A DNA stretch of 64,000 bases from an uncultured Acidimicrobiales bacterium (GTDB lineage Bacteria > Actinomycetota > Acidimicrobiia > Acidimicrobiales > UBA10347). This document shows, one piece after another, positions 10,196-20,757 of the stretch. The stretch spans positions 1 to 64,000 of the forward strand of contig CALSSD010000021.1 in the NCBI GenBank assembly GCA_943788915.1. Direction: 5' to 3'. How positions within the stretch are numbered: the first letter of the stretch is position 1; every line of letters begins with the position of its first letter. The notes under the pieces were generated by a model. The model was not told the DNA's origin. It saw only the letters and a program-made list of their open reading frames with translations, and ran no database searches. The position numbers and the translations under genes are program-made.

Positions 10196-11098
10196 ATGCC
10201 TCTTGATCCACAGATCGCACCCCTGGTCGAAGCGACGAATGCTGCCGCTGCCAAACTCCCTTCTATCTGGGACCAAAGCGTCGAGGATCGACGAGCTGGT
10301 TACCAAGCCCTCGCCGATCTCGCTGGCCCCGGCCCGCAGCTCGACCGAGTCGAAGACCTTCATATCGCTGGCGTGCCGTGCCGCATTTATGAGAACGATG
10401 ACGCCAACGGGATCCTGATGTTCATCCATGGTGGCGGCTACGTGATCGGCGATCTCGAGACCCACGACCAACCATGTCGCCAACTCGCTCTGGAGTCCGG
10501 CGCAGCAGTCGTTGCCGTCGACTACCGCCTAGCTCCCGAACACCCATTTCCGGCTGGCCTCGACGACGCATGGGCGGTATTTCAGGCGCTGTATAAGGAC
10601 CGCAACAATTTCGGGCGCGGCAGCAAGCTTGCCGTGACCGGTGATTCAGCGGGCGGCAACTTTGCGGCTGTGCTCGCATTGATGGCCCGCGACGCCGGCA
10701 TGCACCTGGCGGCCCAGCTGCTGGTCTATCCCGCCGTCGATGTTGCCGACGCGTCACCGTCGATGACCGAGAACGGAGTGGGTTACATCCTGACCAAGGA
10801 AACTATGGACTGGTTCATGCACAACTATGCAGCCGATCCGCTCGACTGGCGAGCGTCGCCTCTCCTCGCCGAGTCACACGAGGGCCTCGCCCCCGCCGTG
10901 GTCATCACCGCCGAATTCGACCCACTGCGCGACCAAGGCACGGCCTACGCCCACAAGCTCGAAGCCGCTGGTGTGCAGGTCACCCACACCAACTACGACG
11001 GCATGGTCCACGCCTTCTTCCAACTCAGCCCGCTCTCTGACGCTGGCAAAGCGGCAATTACCCAGGTCGCCGAAGCAGCCAAAGCCGCATTGGCCTGA
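10196..11098 (+). CDS. HSL-family (GDXG) esterase/lipase
   Basis: HGGG, VDYRLAPEHPFP, GDSAGG, DPLRD, HAF. True start MPLDPQ at 10196 after CAGACT-N6. Confidence 0.9.
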   Translation: MPLDPQIAPLVEATNAAAAKLPSIWDQSVEDRRAGYQALADLAGPGPQLDRVEDLHIAGVPCRIYENDDANGILMFIHGGGYVIGDLETHDQPCRQLALESGAAVVAVDYRLAPEHPFPAGLDDAWAVFQALYKDRNNFGRGSKLAVTGDSAGGNFAAVLALMARDAGMHLAAQLLVYPAVDVADASPSMTENGVGYILTKETMDWFMHNYAADPLDWRASPLLAESHEGLAPAVVITAEFDPLRDQGTAYAHKLEAAGVQVTHTNYDGMVHAFFQLSPLSDAGKAAITQVAEAAKAALA

Positions 11099-11142
11099 AC
11101 GTCACTCGCTGTTCGACAATGAGCGCTCTGCCGCGCTCGAAC

Positions 11143-12063
11143 TCAGCTGGGCCGGCGCCGGCGAGTCATCACGTTCTCTTTGGCCTGAGCGACCAGGCCA
11201 GGGATCACATCGCTGAGTTCAGCAGGATCCCAGCGGTCGTCCTTGTTGGCCTTGGGGCCGCCTTCCCAACCTTCCATGCAGCTGATGGTGCCACCGTTTA
11301 CCAGGAACACTCGGCCGGTGACTTCTCGCGCGGCCGGTTCGTTCGAACCAAGCCACACCACGGTCGGTGCCACATTGTCGGGATGCAGGAAGTCGAACTC
11401 GCCCTTTTCGATCTCTTGCTGGCCATAGGGCAGATCTTCGGTCATACGAGTGCGAGCGCCGGGAGCGATGCAGTTCACCGTGACCCCATATCGACCGAGC
11501 TCAGCTGACGCAATGATCGAGAATGATGCAATGCCAGCCTTGGCTGCGCCGTAGTTGGTCTGGCCCGGATTACCGAACACGCCAGACGTGCTGCTGGTGT
11601 TGATAAGCGCCGCGCCTTCGACCGGTGTGTCATTCTTGATCATCTCTCGCCAATACGCCGCAGCATGGCGAGCCGGGGCAAACGTGCCTTTCAAGTGCAC
11701 GTTGATGACGGCATCCCATTCTTCTTCGGTCATATTTGCCAACATGCGGTCGCGCAAAATGCCGGCATTGTTAACAAGCACATGCAGCGTGCCGAAGTGC
11801 TCCACCGCCTGATTGATCATGTTGGCCGCTCCGTCCCAGCTGGACACGTCGTCGCCATTGGCGATTGCTTCGCCGCCCATGGCTTCGATCTCGGCAACAA
11901 CTTCTTGTGCTGGAGTCAGGTCTCCACCCACCCCATCACGGGCTCCGCCTAGGTCGTTGACCACGACCTTGGCTCCTTGGCGAGCGAATTCGAGTGCATG
12001 TCCACGACCAATTCCTCGTCCTGCTCCCGTGACTATGACTACTTTGCCGTCGCAGATTCCCAT
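11143..12063 (-). CDS. Short-chain dehydrogenase/reductase (MFE-2/17beta-HSD-like)
   Basis: TGAGRGIG, VVVNDLGG, NNAGILRD, YGAAK. Confidence 0.92.
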   Translation of the reverse strand: MGICDGKVVIVTGAGRGIGRGHALEFARQGAKVVVNDLGGARDGVGGDLTPAQEVVAEIEAMGGEAIANGDDVSSWDGAANMINQAVEHFGTLHVLVNNAGILRDRMLANMTEEEWDAVINVHLKGTFAPARHAAAYWREMIKNDTPVEGAALINTSSTSGVFGNPGQTNYGAAKAGIASFSIIASAELGRYGVTVNCIAPGARTRMTEDLPYGQQEIEKGEFDFLHPDNVAPTVVWLGSNEPAAREVTGRVFLVNGGTISCMEGWEGGPKANKDDRWDPAELSDVIPGLVAQAKENVMTRRRRPS

Positions 12064-12175
12064 GTGTTTCCCCCGGTTCGTTGTTCCTCGATGCTGGCAC
12101 GATGCGACGATCAGAAGAAATCACGGGTATTTTCGATGCATACATCCCACATCCATCCAGTTCAGGGAGATCACG

Positions 12176-13405
12176 ATGAGTGCAGCACGAGTTGACGGAG
12201 ACCGTCTGTGGTCACGACTCATGGATATGGCCGAGGTCGGACCTGGTATTGCCGGCGGCTCGAATCGCCAGGCGCTGTCCGACGAAGACAAGGCTGGCCG
12301 AGACCTGTTCATGGGATGGGCTGCCGACGCAGGCTGCACCTTCGAATTCGACGAGATCGGCAACTTGTTCGCCACTCGACCCGGGAGCAATCCCGACTTG
12401 CCACCGGTCATGACTGGGTCCCACCTGGACACCCAACCAACCGGTGGTCGTTTCGACGGCGTGTACGGCGTGTTGGGCGGACTCGAAGTCATCGAGACGT
12501 TGAACGACCTCGGTGTCACCACCGAAGCCCCGCTTGAGATCGTGGTGTGGACGAACGAGGAGGGCTCCCGCTTCCAGCCGTCGATGATGGGCTCCGCAGT
12601 CTGGGGTGGGGCACTTCCACTCGAACAAGCGCTGAAGCACGAAGACTTCGACGGCAAGTCGGTCGGCGAAGAACTCAAACGACTTGGCTGGGACGGCGAG
12701 CTGGCAGCACGACCTCGGCCTTACACCGCAGCGTTTGAACTGCACATCGAACAGGGCCCCATCTTGGAAGCCGATGCGATCGAGATCGGCATCGTGACTG
12801 CGGTGCAGGGATTCCGTTGGTACACCGTCGAACTGGGTGGCCACCCTGCCCACGCCGGGCCAACCCCCATGGATGTGCGCAAGGACCCGGCCCGAGCACT
12901 GGGCGACATCCTGTCTGGCGTGTACGCATTGGCTGCCGAACACTCACCGTGGGCTCGAGCCACGTTTGCCCAGTTCCGCAGCGAACCAATCTCGCCCAAC
13001 ACCATCCCCGAGAAGATCACGTTCTCCCTCGACATGCGCAACCCCGACGGCGACACCTTGTTGGCGATGGATGCCTCCATGCGAGACATCGTGAGTGCGC
13101 AAGTTGAACGCCATGGCGTGAGCACCGCAATCCATGTCGATACCGATTCACCCCCGGTCGTCTTCCACGACGACTGCATCGCTGCCGTTGAAGCCTCGGT
13201 TGAGGAACTGGGATTCAGCCACAAACGTATGGTCTCTGGCGCTGGGCACGATGCCTGCTACGTAGCCGCCCACTACCCCACGTCCATGATCTTTGTGCCA
13301 TGCGACGAGGGCCTTTCTCACAACGAAGCCGAGAACATTTCCATCGAACAAGCTGAACGTGGTGCCTCAGTACTTCTTGGTGCGGTCCGCCGCATGGCAG
13401 GCTGA
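12176..13405 (+). CDS. M20 Zn-dependent amidohydrolase (N-carbamoyl-amino acid hydrolase/beta-ureidopropionase/allantoate amidohydrolase family)
   Basis: GSHLDTQPTGGRFDG, NEEGSRF, ELHIEQGP, HAGPTPM, SGAGHDA, SHNEAE. GGAG RBS before ATG 12176. Confidence 0.9.
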   Translation: MSAARVDGDRLWSRLMDMAEVGPGIAGGSNRQALSDEDKAGRDLFMGWAADAGCTFEFDEIGNLFATRPGSNPDLPPVMTGSHLDTQPTGGRFDGVYGVLGGLEVIETLNDLGVTTEAPLEIVVWTNEEGSRFQPSMMGSAVWGGALPLEQALKHEDFDGKSVGEELKRLGWDGELAARPRPYTAAFELHIEQGPILEADAIEIGIVTAVQGFRWYTVELGGHPAHAGPTPMDVRKDPARALGDILSGVYALAAEHSPWARATFAQFRSEPISPNTIPEKITFSLDMRNPDGDTLLAMDASMRDIVSAQVERHGVSTAIHVDTDSPPVVFHDDCIAAVEASVEELGFSHKRMVSGAGHDACYVAAHYPTSMIFVPCDEGLSHNEAENISIEQAERGASVLLGAVRRMAG

Positions 13406-13409
13406 GGCT

Positions 13410-14552
13410 ATGGCAAATATCAAGGGCACAATCAGCGACGCGCGTTTTGAGAAGTTGGGGTTACTACTTAGCGACACGCTCGACTCTGGCGAAGACGTCG
13501 GCGCCTCGGTTTGTGTGACGGTTGACGGCGAAACAGTCGTGGATATTTGGGGCGGTCACGCCGACGAAGCCCAGACCACTGAATGGCAAGAAGACACGAT
13601 CACCAACGTCTGGTCAACAACCAAAACAATGACGTTCCTGTCGGCGTTGCTGCTCGTCGAACGCGGCCAACTGGACTTCTATGCACCGGTTGCGCAGTAT
13701 TGGCCAGAGTTCGCCCAGAACGGCAAGGAAAACATCGAGGTCCGCCATCTCATGGGTCACACCTCGGGCGTGTCGGCATGGGCTCAGCCAGTCACCACGG
13801 AAGACATCTACGACTGGGACAAGTCAACCTCGATGCTCGCAGCGCAAGCTCCGTGGTGGGAACCCGGCACGGCATCGGGTTACCACGCACTCAATCAGGG
13901 TCACCTGATCGGCGAAGTGATCCGGCACATCGACGGCCGCATGCTCGGTGACTTCTTTGCTCAGGAGATTGCAGGCCCGATGGGTGCCGACTTCCACATC
14001 GGTCTGGCCGAGAGCGAGTTCGGACGGATCGCCAACGTGATCCCGCCTGAAGACGTGCCTATTGATTTGGCGACCATCGACATGGAGAGCATCGCGATGA
14101 AGACCTTCACTGGGCCTGCTCCAAGTGCCACAACTGCGTGGGAAACATCATGGCGTCAGGCCTGCGTGCCTGCAGCCAATGGGCACGGCAATGCTCGTTC
14201 GGTCGCCCAGATTCAGGCGATCGTGGCCAACGGCGGAACCGCTGGCGGCGTCACCTTGCTGTCAGACGAGACCATCGACAAGATCTTCGACGAACAGGCC
14301 CATGGCACCGACATGGTGCTCGGTCTGCCCGTTCGATTCGGTATGGGTTACGCCATGCCCTCAGAAGGCGCCCCGTACCTACCCGAAGGCAAGATTGCCT
14401 ACTGGGGCGGCTGGGGCGGCAGTTCCATCGTGGTTGACACCGAACGCAACATGACGTTCGCCTACATGATGAATCGCATGGACGCCGGTCTCACTGGCGA
14501 CTTCCGCAGCATCAACCTGACCACCGCTACCTACGACGCACTCGGCGGATAA
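13410..14552 (+). CDS. Serine hydrolase, beta-lactamase/EstB-like carboxylesterase
   Basis: SxxK (WSTTK), LMGHTSG, WWEPG..GYH, WGGWGGS. Confidence 0.9.
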   Translation: MANIKGTISDARFEKLGLLLSDTLDSGEDVGASVCVTVDGETVVDIWGGHADEAQTTEWQEDTITNVWSTTKTMTFLSALLLVERGQLDFYAPVAQYWPEFAQNGKENIEVRHLMGHTSGVSAWAQPVTTEDIYDWDKSTSMLAAQAPWWEPGTASGYHALNQGHLIGEVIRHIDGRMLGDFFAQEIAGPMGADFHIGLAESEFGRIANVIPPEDVPIDLATIDMESIAMKTFTGPAPSATTAWETSWRQACVPAANGHGNARSVAQIQAIVANGGTAGGVTLLSDETIDKIFDEQAHGTDMVLGLPVRFGMGYAMPSEGAPYLPEGKIAYWGGWGGSSIVVDTERNMTFAYMMNRMDAGLTGDFRSINLTTATYDALGG

Positions 14553-14718
14553 TCCACTCTGAAGCCCAGACGAATGACCTTTGGCCCTTCCTCCTAGCCG
14601 CACCTTCTGCCTGAATCAAGGTGACGAACCGCTCGAGAACGGTCGATCACGCAGGTCAGCGATAAGTGAACGAAGGAAATCGACATCAGGCACGTAGCGG
14701 GTTCCCGAAATCGATTCG

Positions 14719-15390
14719 GTGGCGTCACCATCACACAACGAGTCCGGCGCTGCCACGGTCGATCTGACGACCGAGGCTCGCTGGTTTTTCGATGGACCGT
14801 TGCCGGCCGAAGTCCTCACCTGGTTCACCAACGAGGGCACTGCGGGCGTTGTTGAGGACCGTTGCGATGTGTACCGGATCGAGGAGCAGCCCAGGGTCGA
14901 CGTGGGCGTGAAACGCCGGGACGGTGCGACCTTGGAGTTGAAGCTGCGGCTCCGAGGACCGGAGCCGGTCTTGATGGGGCACGATCTACACGGCCTGACG
15001 GAGTCGTGGCAACGGTGGAGCCCCGCTGGCGAGCGAGTCGATCTCAGCCACCAAACGAGCTGGGCCGAAGTCGACAAGCGCATCATCAAACGACGGTTCG
15101 CAGCAAATGGTGACGAGGTGCTGCTGTCAGCCGATGCTCGAGCCAAGACCCACCAAGGCTGCGATGTCGAAGTTGTCTCTATTTCGGTCGATGGCGCCAC
15201 CGAGTGGAGTTTTGCCTTCGCTGCCTTCGGCCCTGCAGACCACAACCAGTGCCTAACTACTGCATGGGCGACTCTGGTGAGTAATCATCCGCAACCCGAC
15301 CAGCTTCGGCTTCGAGCCGGCAACTCCAAGGGTTACCCCGAGTGGCTCGTCGGCCTGACATTGCGCTCTACCGCTCGCGAGCTGCCTTAA
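14719..15390 (+). CDS. Hypothetical protein, CYTH-like
   Basis: 223-aa ORF with TEARWFF, EDRCDVY, GVKRR...ELKLR, GCDVEV, GYPEWL. Start uncertain. Confidence 0.5.
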   Translation: MASPSHNESGAATVDLTTEARWFFDGPLPAEVLTWFTNEGTAGVVEDRCDVYRIEEQPRVDVGVKRRDGATLELKLRLRGPEPVLMGHDLHGLTESWQRWSPAGERVDLSHQTSWAEVDKRIIKRRFAANGDEVLLSADARAKTHQGCDVEVVSISVDGATEWSFAFAAFGPADHNQCLTTAWATLVSNHPQPDQLRLRAGNSKGYPEWLVGLTLRSTARELP

Positions 15391-16153
15391 AATCAGGTTC
15401 CCGTTTCTCTAAGAAAGCGGCGATCGCTTCTTTGTGCTCAGGCGTCTCGTACGCCTGATTCAGCAACTGGAGCTCGAGCCGCTGCACATCCCTGAGCGAA
15501 GCATTACTCATGTTCTCGGTCAGTAGTTGTTTGGTGAACCGCAGCGACGCCTGGGGGTTGTCGCCCATGGCTCGCGCCATCTCGTGGGCGGCATCGAGCA
15601 ACTGCTCCGCTGGCACACACTGATCAATCAAGCCGATCTCGGCTGCTTCTTCGGCCAGGATCGTCTTGCCCGTCAGCATGAGTTCACTGGCTTTACCGAA
15701 ACCGACTCGCATGGGCACCAGGTTGGAGCTGCCCAGTTCGGGCACCACACCAACCTTCACAAACCGCAGGCTGAACTTTGCGCCCGCCGCCCCAATGATG
15801 TGGTCCATCGACATGACCTGGCTGAGACCAACACCGATCGCGGGGCCGTTGACTGCGGCCACGATCGGTTTACACGACCGCATGAGCCCGACCCAGTCCA
15901 TCGGCGTGCGGTCTTCTTCATCTCCATCGAGCTGGGCTTGAAACACCTCGCTCATGTCTGCGCCGGCGCAGAAGCCACGGCCCGCTCCGGTCACCACGAT
16001 CGCGATCACATCATTGTCATCGTTCGCTGCGCTGATCGCATCGGCCATCTCGATACCCATACGCGGTGTCCACGCGTTGAGTTTCTCGGGCCGATTCATG
16101 GTCACGGTGAGCACACCGTCAACAACGTTGGTCAGAATAGTTTCGTACTGCAA
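15368..16153 (-). CDS. Enoyl-CoA hydratase/isomerase family protein
   Basis: NRPEKLNAW, GRGFCAGADM, KPIVAAVNGPAIGVG, VGVVPELGSS. Confidence 0.9.
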   Translation of the reverse strand: MQYETILTNVVDGVLTVTMNRPEKLNAWTPRMGIEMADAISAANDDNDVIAIVVTGAGRGFCAGADMSEVFQAQLDGDEEDRTPMDWVGLMRSCKPIVAAVNGPAIGVGLSQVMSMDHIIGAAGAKFSLRFVKVGVVPELGSSNLVPMRVGFGKASELMLTGKTILAEEAAEIGLIDQCVPAEQLLDAAHEMARAMGDNPQASLRFTKQLLTENMSNASLRDVQRLELQLLNQAYETPEHKEAIAAFLEKREPDFKAARER

Positions 16154-16340
16154 GGTTCCCCCAAGATCGGTACTTCATCTTGGCCGCCGGGGGTCCACCG
16201 GACCAATCTGCGCAGCATTCTTCCACCAGATACCAACGGCGTAATGCGCACGGTTTGACGAAGAGGCATCGCTTCCGAGACAATCACCCAGCAACCACCG
16301 GCAACACTGACAAAGAGCCGACGACATCGGGAGATGCAAC

Positions 16341-17117
16341 GTGATCAATCTTGACCTCACCGGCCGAAAAGCCATCGTGACGGGCGCAAGCCTTGGCATC
16401 GGCGCAGCGACGGTCCGTTTGCTCGCCGACCATGGAGCGAGTGTGGCTTTTTGCGCTCGCGGTCAAGACGGGGTCGACGAGCTCGCCTCGTACAGCGACA
16501 CCATCCGCGGCTACGTCGCGGACATGAGCGATGCCGAGTCAACCAATCAGTTCCTGCAACGGGCAACCAACGACCTCGGTGATGCCGACATCCTGGTCAA
16601 CAATGTCGGTGCGTCACCGTCGCGCAACTTCCTGTACATGGACGACGCCGACTGGGAACAGTTGTTCCAGCTCAACATGATGTCGGCGGTGCGATGCACT
16701 CGCCATGTGCTTCCCCACATGCGGGCTCAACATTGGGGCCGGGTCGTGATGATCTCGACCGTCGGCGCCCTCTATCCCAGCGCTGCTCTCATCGACTACG
16801 CAGCAACCAAGTCCGCGATGATCTCAACCGCCAAGGCATTGGCTGGCAAGTACGGCCGAGACGGAGTTTTGGTCAACTCGATCCTGCCTGGGCTCATCCA
16901 CACCGCTATGTGGGATCGCGCTGCTGGCGAACTCGCCGAGTCGACCGGCAAGTCACAAGAAGAGGTCATGGCCAACAACTCCAAAGGCGTGCCTGTCGGG
17001 CGGTATGGCACCCCCGAAGAAGTCGCAAATGCGGTCGTGTTCCTTTGCACCGACGCAGCCGCCTACATCAATGGACAAGCCATCAGCGTCGATGGCGGAT
17101 CTTCGGGTCACATCTAA
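16341..17117 (+). CDS. Short-chain dehydrogenase/reductase
   Basis: TGASLGIG, VNNVG, YAATK, PVGRYGTPEEVA. GGAG RBS. Confidence 0.92.
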   Translation: MINLDLTGRKAIVTGASLGIGAATVRLLADHGASVAFCARGQDGVDELASYSDTIRGYVADMSDAESTNQFLQRATNDLGDADILVNNVGASPSRNFLYMDDADWEQLFQLNMMSAVRCTRHVLPHMRAQHWGRVVMISTVGALYPSAALIDYAATKSAMISTAKALAGKYGRDGVLVNSILPGLIHTAMWDRAAGELAESTGKSQEEVMANNSKGVPVGRYGTPEEVANAVVFLCTDAAAYINGQAISVDGGSSGHI

Positions 17118-17385
17118 ATGTTGCTTCTCATCCTCCAGGATCTGTAGTTCCGACGTTGGAGCGTCGGGCTGACCATCATGCTGAAGGCCATCGTCATGAC
17201 ATTGCTGTTCATCATGTCTGGCCTCGTCAACCAGTTCAACGCCGAACCTGGCTTGGCCACCCACCAGGTTGCAGGTCATCAGAAATGGATCGTGGTCCGG
17301 GCGAAGAGCCGCGTCAAGCTCAAACCACTCACGCTCGCACAGTTCAAAGAAAGTGCCGTGCCCCGCAACGACTAGCTTCGAAGGT

Positions 17386-18165
17386 ATGCGACCGAACCCC
17401 GTGAAAGACCGACTGGCTGCTGGCGAAACGCTCTACGGCACAATGATCTTCGAGTTCCTCAGTGCTGGGTTACCCCAGATTTTGCAAGGTGCCGGTGCCG
17501 ACTTCGTCTTCTACGACATGGAGCACAGCGGATTCTCGTACAGCGAGATGAAACACCAGCTTGCCCTGTGTAGAGGCCTCGACATCGTGCCGCTCGTTCG
17601 ACCTCGTGCCACCACCCATGAGCACACCGCCCAACTGCTGGACCTCGGCGCCATGGGCATGTTGTTCCAGATGTGCGAGACAGCGGAACAAGCCGAGCAG
17701 TTCGTGCGGCTCACCAAGTACCCACCGACGGGGCAACGTGGGGCCATGTTCGGTGGCGCCCACGACGACTACAGCTCCTCGACCGTGCCCGAGATCATCG
17801 ACGGCGCCCATGACCGCACCATGGTGTGTGTACTCATCGAGTCGGCTCAGGGAGTCGCCAATGCCGAAGAGATCATGTCGGTTCCCGGTGTCGACGTTGC
17901 CCATCTCGGCCATGGCGACCTGTCGCTTTCGCTCGGGGTGCCCGGCGATACCAACCACCCCACCATGCAAGCCGGCATCGACTCGATCCTTGCGGCATGC
18001 GAAACCCACGGAAAGACTGCGGCCTGTCTGGCAGGCGATGTCGCAACTGGCGTCGACTGGGTCCGTCGAGGATTCCGCATGGTCAGCTACAGCTACGACA
18101 TCGGTCTGATGAAGTCCGCGCTGAGTTCAGGAATCCAAGCAATCACCGATGGAGCCGACCAATGA
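17386..18165 (+). CDS. HpcH/HpaI-family aldolase
   Basis: DFVFYDMEHS, LLDLGAMG, KYPPTGQRG, VLIES..GV.NAEEI.SVPGVD...LGHGDLS. Confidence 0.88.
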   Translation: MRPNPVKDRLAAGETLYGTMIFEFLSAGLPQILQGAGADFVFYDMEHSGFSYSEMKHQLALCRGLDIVPLVRPRATTHEHTAQLLDLGAMGMLFQMCETAEQAEQFVRLTKYPPTGQRGAMFGGAHDDYSSSTVPEIIDGAHDRTMVCVLIESAQGVANAEEIMSVPGVDVAHLGHGDLSLSLGVPGDTNHPTMQAGIDSILAACETHGKTAACLAGDVATGVDWVRRGFRMVSYSYDIGLMKSALSSGIQAITDGADQ

Positions 18166-18965
18166 CTGACCCACTGATGCTCGACCCAGCGACCATAAAG
18201 ACCTACCACGACCAGGGATGGGTCGTTATCCCCGACGCATTCTCCGCTGCAGAAGTCGCTGTGCTCGAAACTGCAGCACTTCATGTGCTCGAACGACCCG
18301 GCCCTGAGGTCGGGCGCGAAGCCGACGGTTCACCTCATGTCAACTGGGGAATGCATATGTTCGACGAGCGGCTAGCAGCACTCGTCCATCATCCTGCACT
18401 GGTCTCGACAAGCCGGCAACTACTCGACGACGACTTCTATGTCCACCAATCGCGTATCAATATGAAGCAGACCAACGGCTCGATCGTCGCATGGCATCAA
18501 GACTTCGGCACCTATCACCGCGTCGACGGGGTGCCCGACCCTCGCGGCATCATGATCGCCGTCTTCCTCGATGACCTCACCCACGTGAATGCGCCTCTCC
18601 TGGCAGTGCCGGGCAGCCATCACGAAGGGCTGGTGTCAACAGCCGAGGTAGATCCCACATCTCCTGACTTCGAAGGAGTGTCGAAGTACCGCTACGACAT
18701 CACACCGGACACGATGAAACGTCTGGTCGACACCTACGGCCTCGAGGCCATCACTGGCAACGCCGGTTCAATGCTGCTGATGGACATGACGGTCGTCCAC
18801 GGCTCGTCGGTGAACATCAGCCCGCTGCGCCGACTCGTGCTGTACGTCAACGTGTGCGCTGTCGACAACCAGGGCACTTCCTTCACCCGGCCCGACTACT
18901 ACGCGGCACGAGACTTCAGCGCGGTGCAGCCCGGCGCTGCCGACTGCCTGCTGCAATTCGCGTGA
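18162..18965 (+). CDS. Fe(II)/2-oxoglutarate dioxygenase, PhyH family (EctD/proline-hydroxylase-like clade)
   Basis: ATGA overlap with the aldolase. HQSRINMK, WHQDFGTYH, VPGSH, VHGS. Confidence 0.85.
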   Translation: MTDPLMLDPATIKTYHDQGWVVIPDAFSAAEVAVLETAALHVLERPGPEVGREADGSPHVNWGMHMFDERLAALVHHPALVSTSRQLLDDDFYVHQSRINMKQTNGSIVAWHQDFGTYHRVDGVPDPRGIMIAVFLDDLTHVNAPLLAVPGSHHEGLVSTAEVDPTSPDFEGVSKYRYDITPDTMKRLVDTYGLEAITGNAGSMLLMDMTVVHGSSVNISPLRRLVLYVNVCAVDNQGTSFTRPDYYAARDFSAVQPGAADCLLQFA

Positions 18966-19969
18966 TTTCCTTTGCGCCACTCACGGCACCACTTGGCGCC
19001 TTCGTCCGCGGCTTCGACCCATCGCAGGAACCTGACGAATCGCTGACTCGAGGCCCTCGCAGCCGGTTTGCTCGAGCACGCCGTCCTGGTGTTCCGCGGC
19101 CATGAACTCAGCCCCAGCTCAGCTGGTGCAGCTTGGCCATGACATTCGGCGGGCTCGAGATACTGCCGGAGCCCGACAAGCGCCATCCCGACCACCCAGA
19201 GATCTTCGACCTGACCAACGTGCGCCCCAACGGAACGTTGGTGGAGTTCGACGAACCACAGGCAGTCTTCCTTCGCGGTACCCAACGGTGGCATACCGAC
19301 AGTTCGTTCCGTGCCGTACCGGCACTCTGCACCATGCTCTATGCCAAAGAGGTGCCGACCCGGGGCGGTCAGACCCAATTCGCCGACATGCGCAAGGCCC
19401 TGCGCCTGCTGCCGCCCGAGGACCGGGCCGAGATTGCCGAGTTGAGACTCGTGCACAGTTATGAGTTTTCGCGAGCGAACAACCCTGGCCGCATGGAGGC
19501 GATGAGCGACGACGAACGCGCGAAGTATCCACCGGTCGAGCACCCGTGGATCCGCACCAATCTCGACGACAGCCAGTCGTTGTACATGGGTGGCCATGCC
19601 TCGCACATAGTGGGGCGCGACGCCGACGAGAGCCGCCATTGGTTCGCAGAGATCGAAGCCCAGCTTTCGGTTCACGACCTCGTCTACGAACACCAGTGGC
19701 AGCCCCACGACCTCGTTGTCTGGGACAACCGCACCACCCTGCATCGGCTGCTTGGCTACGACATCGCCAACGAACGCCGGGTTATGCAGCGAATAACCGT
19801 CGCCGGCTCGGCCAGCGACTGGAGCGGCGTGCCAACTCCTGAACCATTGAGATCGGCCGCTGAGCCCTGCCCTCCGGCTTCTGAATGCATGGCAGGCTCT
19901 CGGCATGGCCAAGGTCGTATTCACCGTCAACCACCACTTCGCTGCGGATCCACAAGCAGTGTGGGATGA
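18962..19969 (+). CDS. TauD/TfdA-family dioxygenase; three single-base insertions in the 5' part
   Basis: GTGA overlap at 18962. Correcting indels near 19051, 19112 and 19133 gives MISFAPLTAPLGAFVRG...LLEHAVLVFRGHELSPAQLVQLAMTFG. WHTDSSF, TQFADM, WDNRTTLHR. 3' end uncertain. Confidence 0.8.
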
Positions 19970-20366
19970 ACTCGCGGACTGGGCTGGCCACGCCAACTGG
20001 ATTCCGGCAACCCGAGTCGAGGTTGCGCCCGGCGATCCGCTCGCGGTAGGGGCCGAGTTCACGGCATGGACCGGCTACGGGCCACTCAAGCTCGAGGATC
20101 GCATGCGTGTCGCCGCCATCGACTGGCAGCCCGACCAGCAGCGAGGGACCTGTACGGTCGTCAAACTGGGACCTGTCTTGACCGGCACTGCTTCATTTAC
20201 TGTCGACGGCACGGCAGGAGCGACCGATCTTGAGTGGATCGAGGACGTCACTGTTCCCCATGTGCCACAGTTCCTAGCGCCGGTCGTTGCCCGGATTGGA
20301 GCGGCTGGCTTCAAACTCGCCATGGTCAGCCTCGCCCGCCAGATGCGAAAGTCAGCCGCTGCCTAA
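19905..20366 (+). CDS. SRPBCC/START-family protein
   Basis: VWDELADWAGHANWIPATRV, LEDRMRV, VVKLGPVLTG. Confidence 0.75.
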   Translation: MAKVVFTVNHHFAADPQAVWDELADWAGHANWIPATRVEVAPGDPLAVGAEFTAWTGYGPLKLEDRMRVAAIDWQPDQQRGTCTVVKLGPVLTGTASFTVDGTAGATDLEWIEDVTVPHVPQFLAPVVARIGAAGFKLAMVSLARQMRKSAAA

Positions 20367-20383
20367 TCGCTGCGGTCGAAGCG

Positions 20384-20725
20384 TTATTGCTCGAGTGAAG
20401 AGATCAGATCGTGCACCGAGTGCTGGTCTTCGAGCGGGTGGCGCATCGGCATGGTGGTATTGATCTCGTAGTGTTTACGACGGCCAATCCGTTCACTCGT
20501 CAGATAACCAGCATCTTCGAGTTCGGTGAGGATCCGGTGCACGGCACCAACGGTGATACCCACGCTGTACGCAATGTCCTTCTGCCGCAGATCCGGGTTA
20601 CGGCTCAACGCAATCATCACATGGGCGTGATTGGTAAGAAATGTCCACGACGGAATCGCCTGCTCCGGCATACTCATTGGCATCATTTCAGTATATGTAT
20701 CAGATTGTTTGTCTTCGAACATCAT
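20384..20725 (-). CDS. Winged helix-turn-helix transcriptional regulator (MarR/AsnC-like)
   Basis: WTFLTNHAHVM...PDLRQKDIAYSVGITVGAVHRILTELEDAGYL...GRRKHY...MRHPLE. Start may lie ~45 nt downstream. Confidence 0.85.
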   Translation of the reverse strand: MMFEDKQSDTYTEMMPMSMPEQAIPSWTFLTNHAHVMIALSRNPDLRQKDIAYSVGITVGAVHRILTELEDAGYLTSERIGRRKHYEINTTMPMRHPLEDQHSVHDLISSLEQ

Positions 20726-20757
20726 GATCGGGCAGAAACCTTTCCCCAGAGTGCGGG

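Noticed and set aside
18162..18965. Ectoine hydroxylase ectD
   Set aside because: Signature differs (WHQDFGTYH vs WHSDFETWH) and there is no ectABC in the window.
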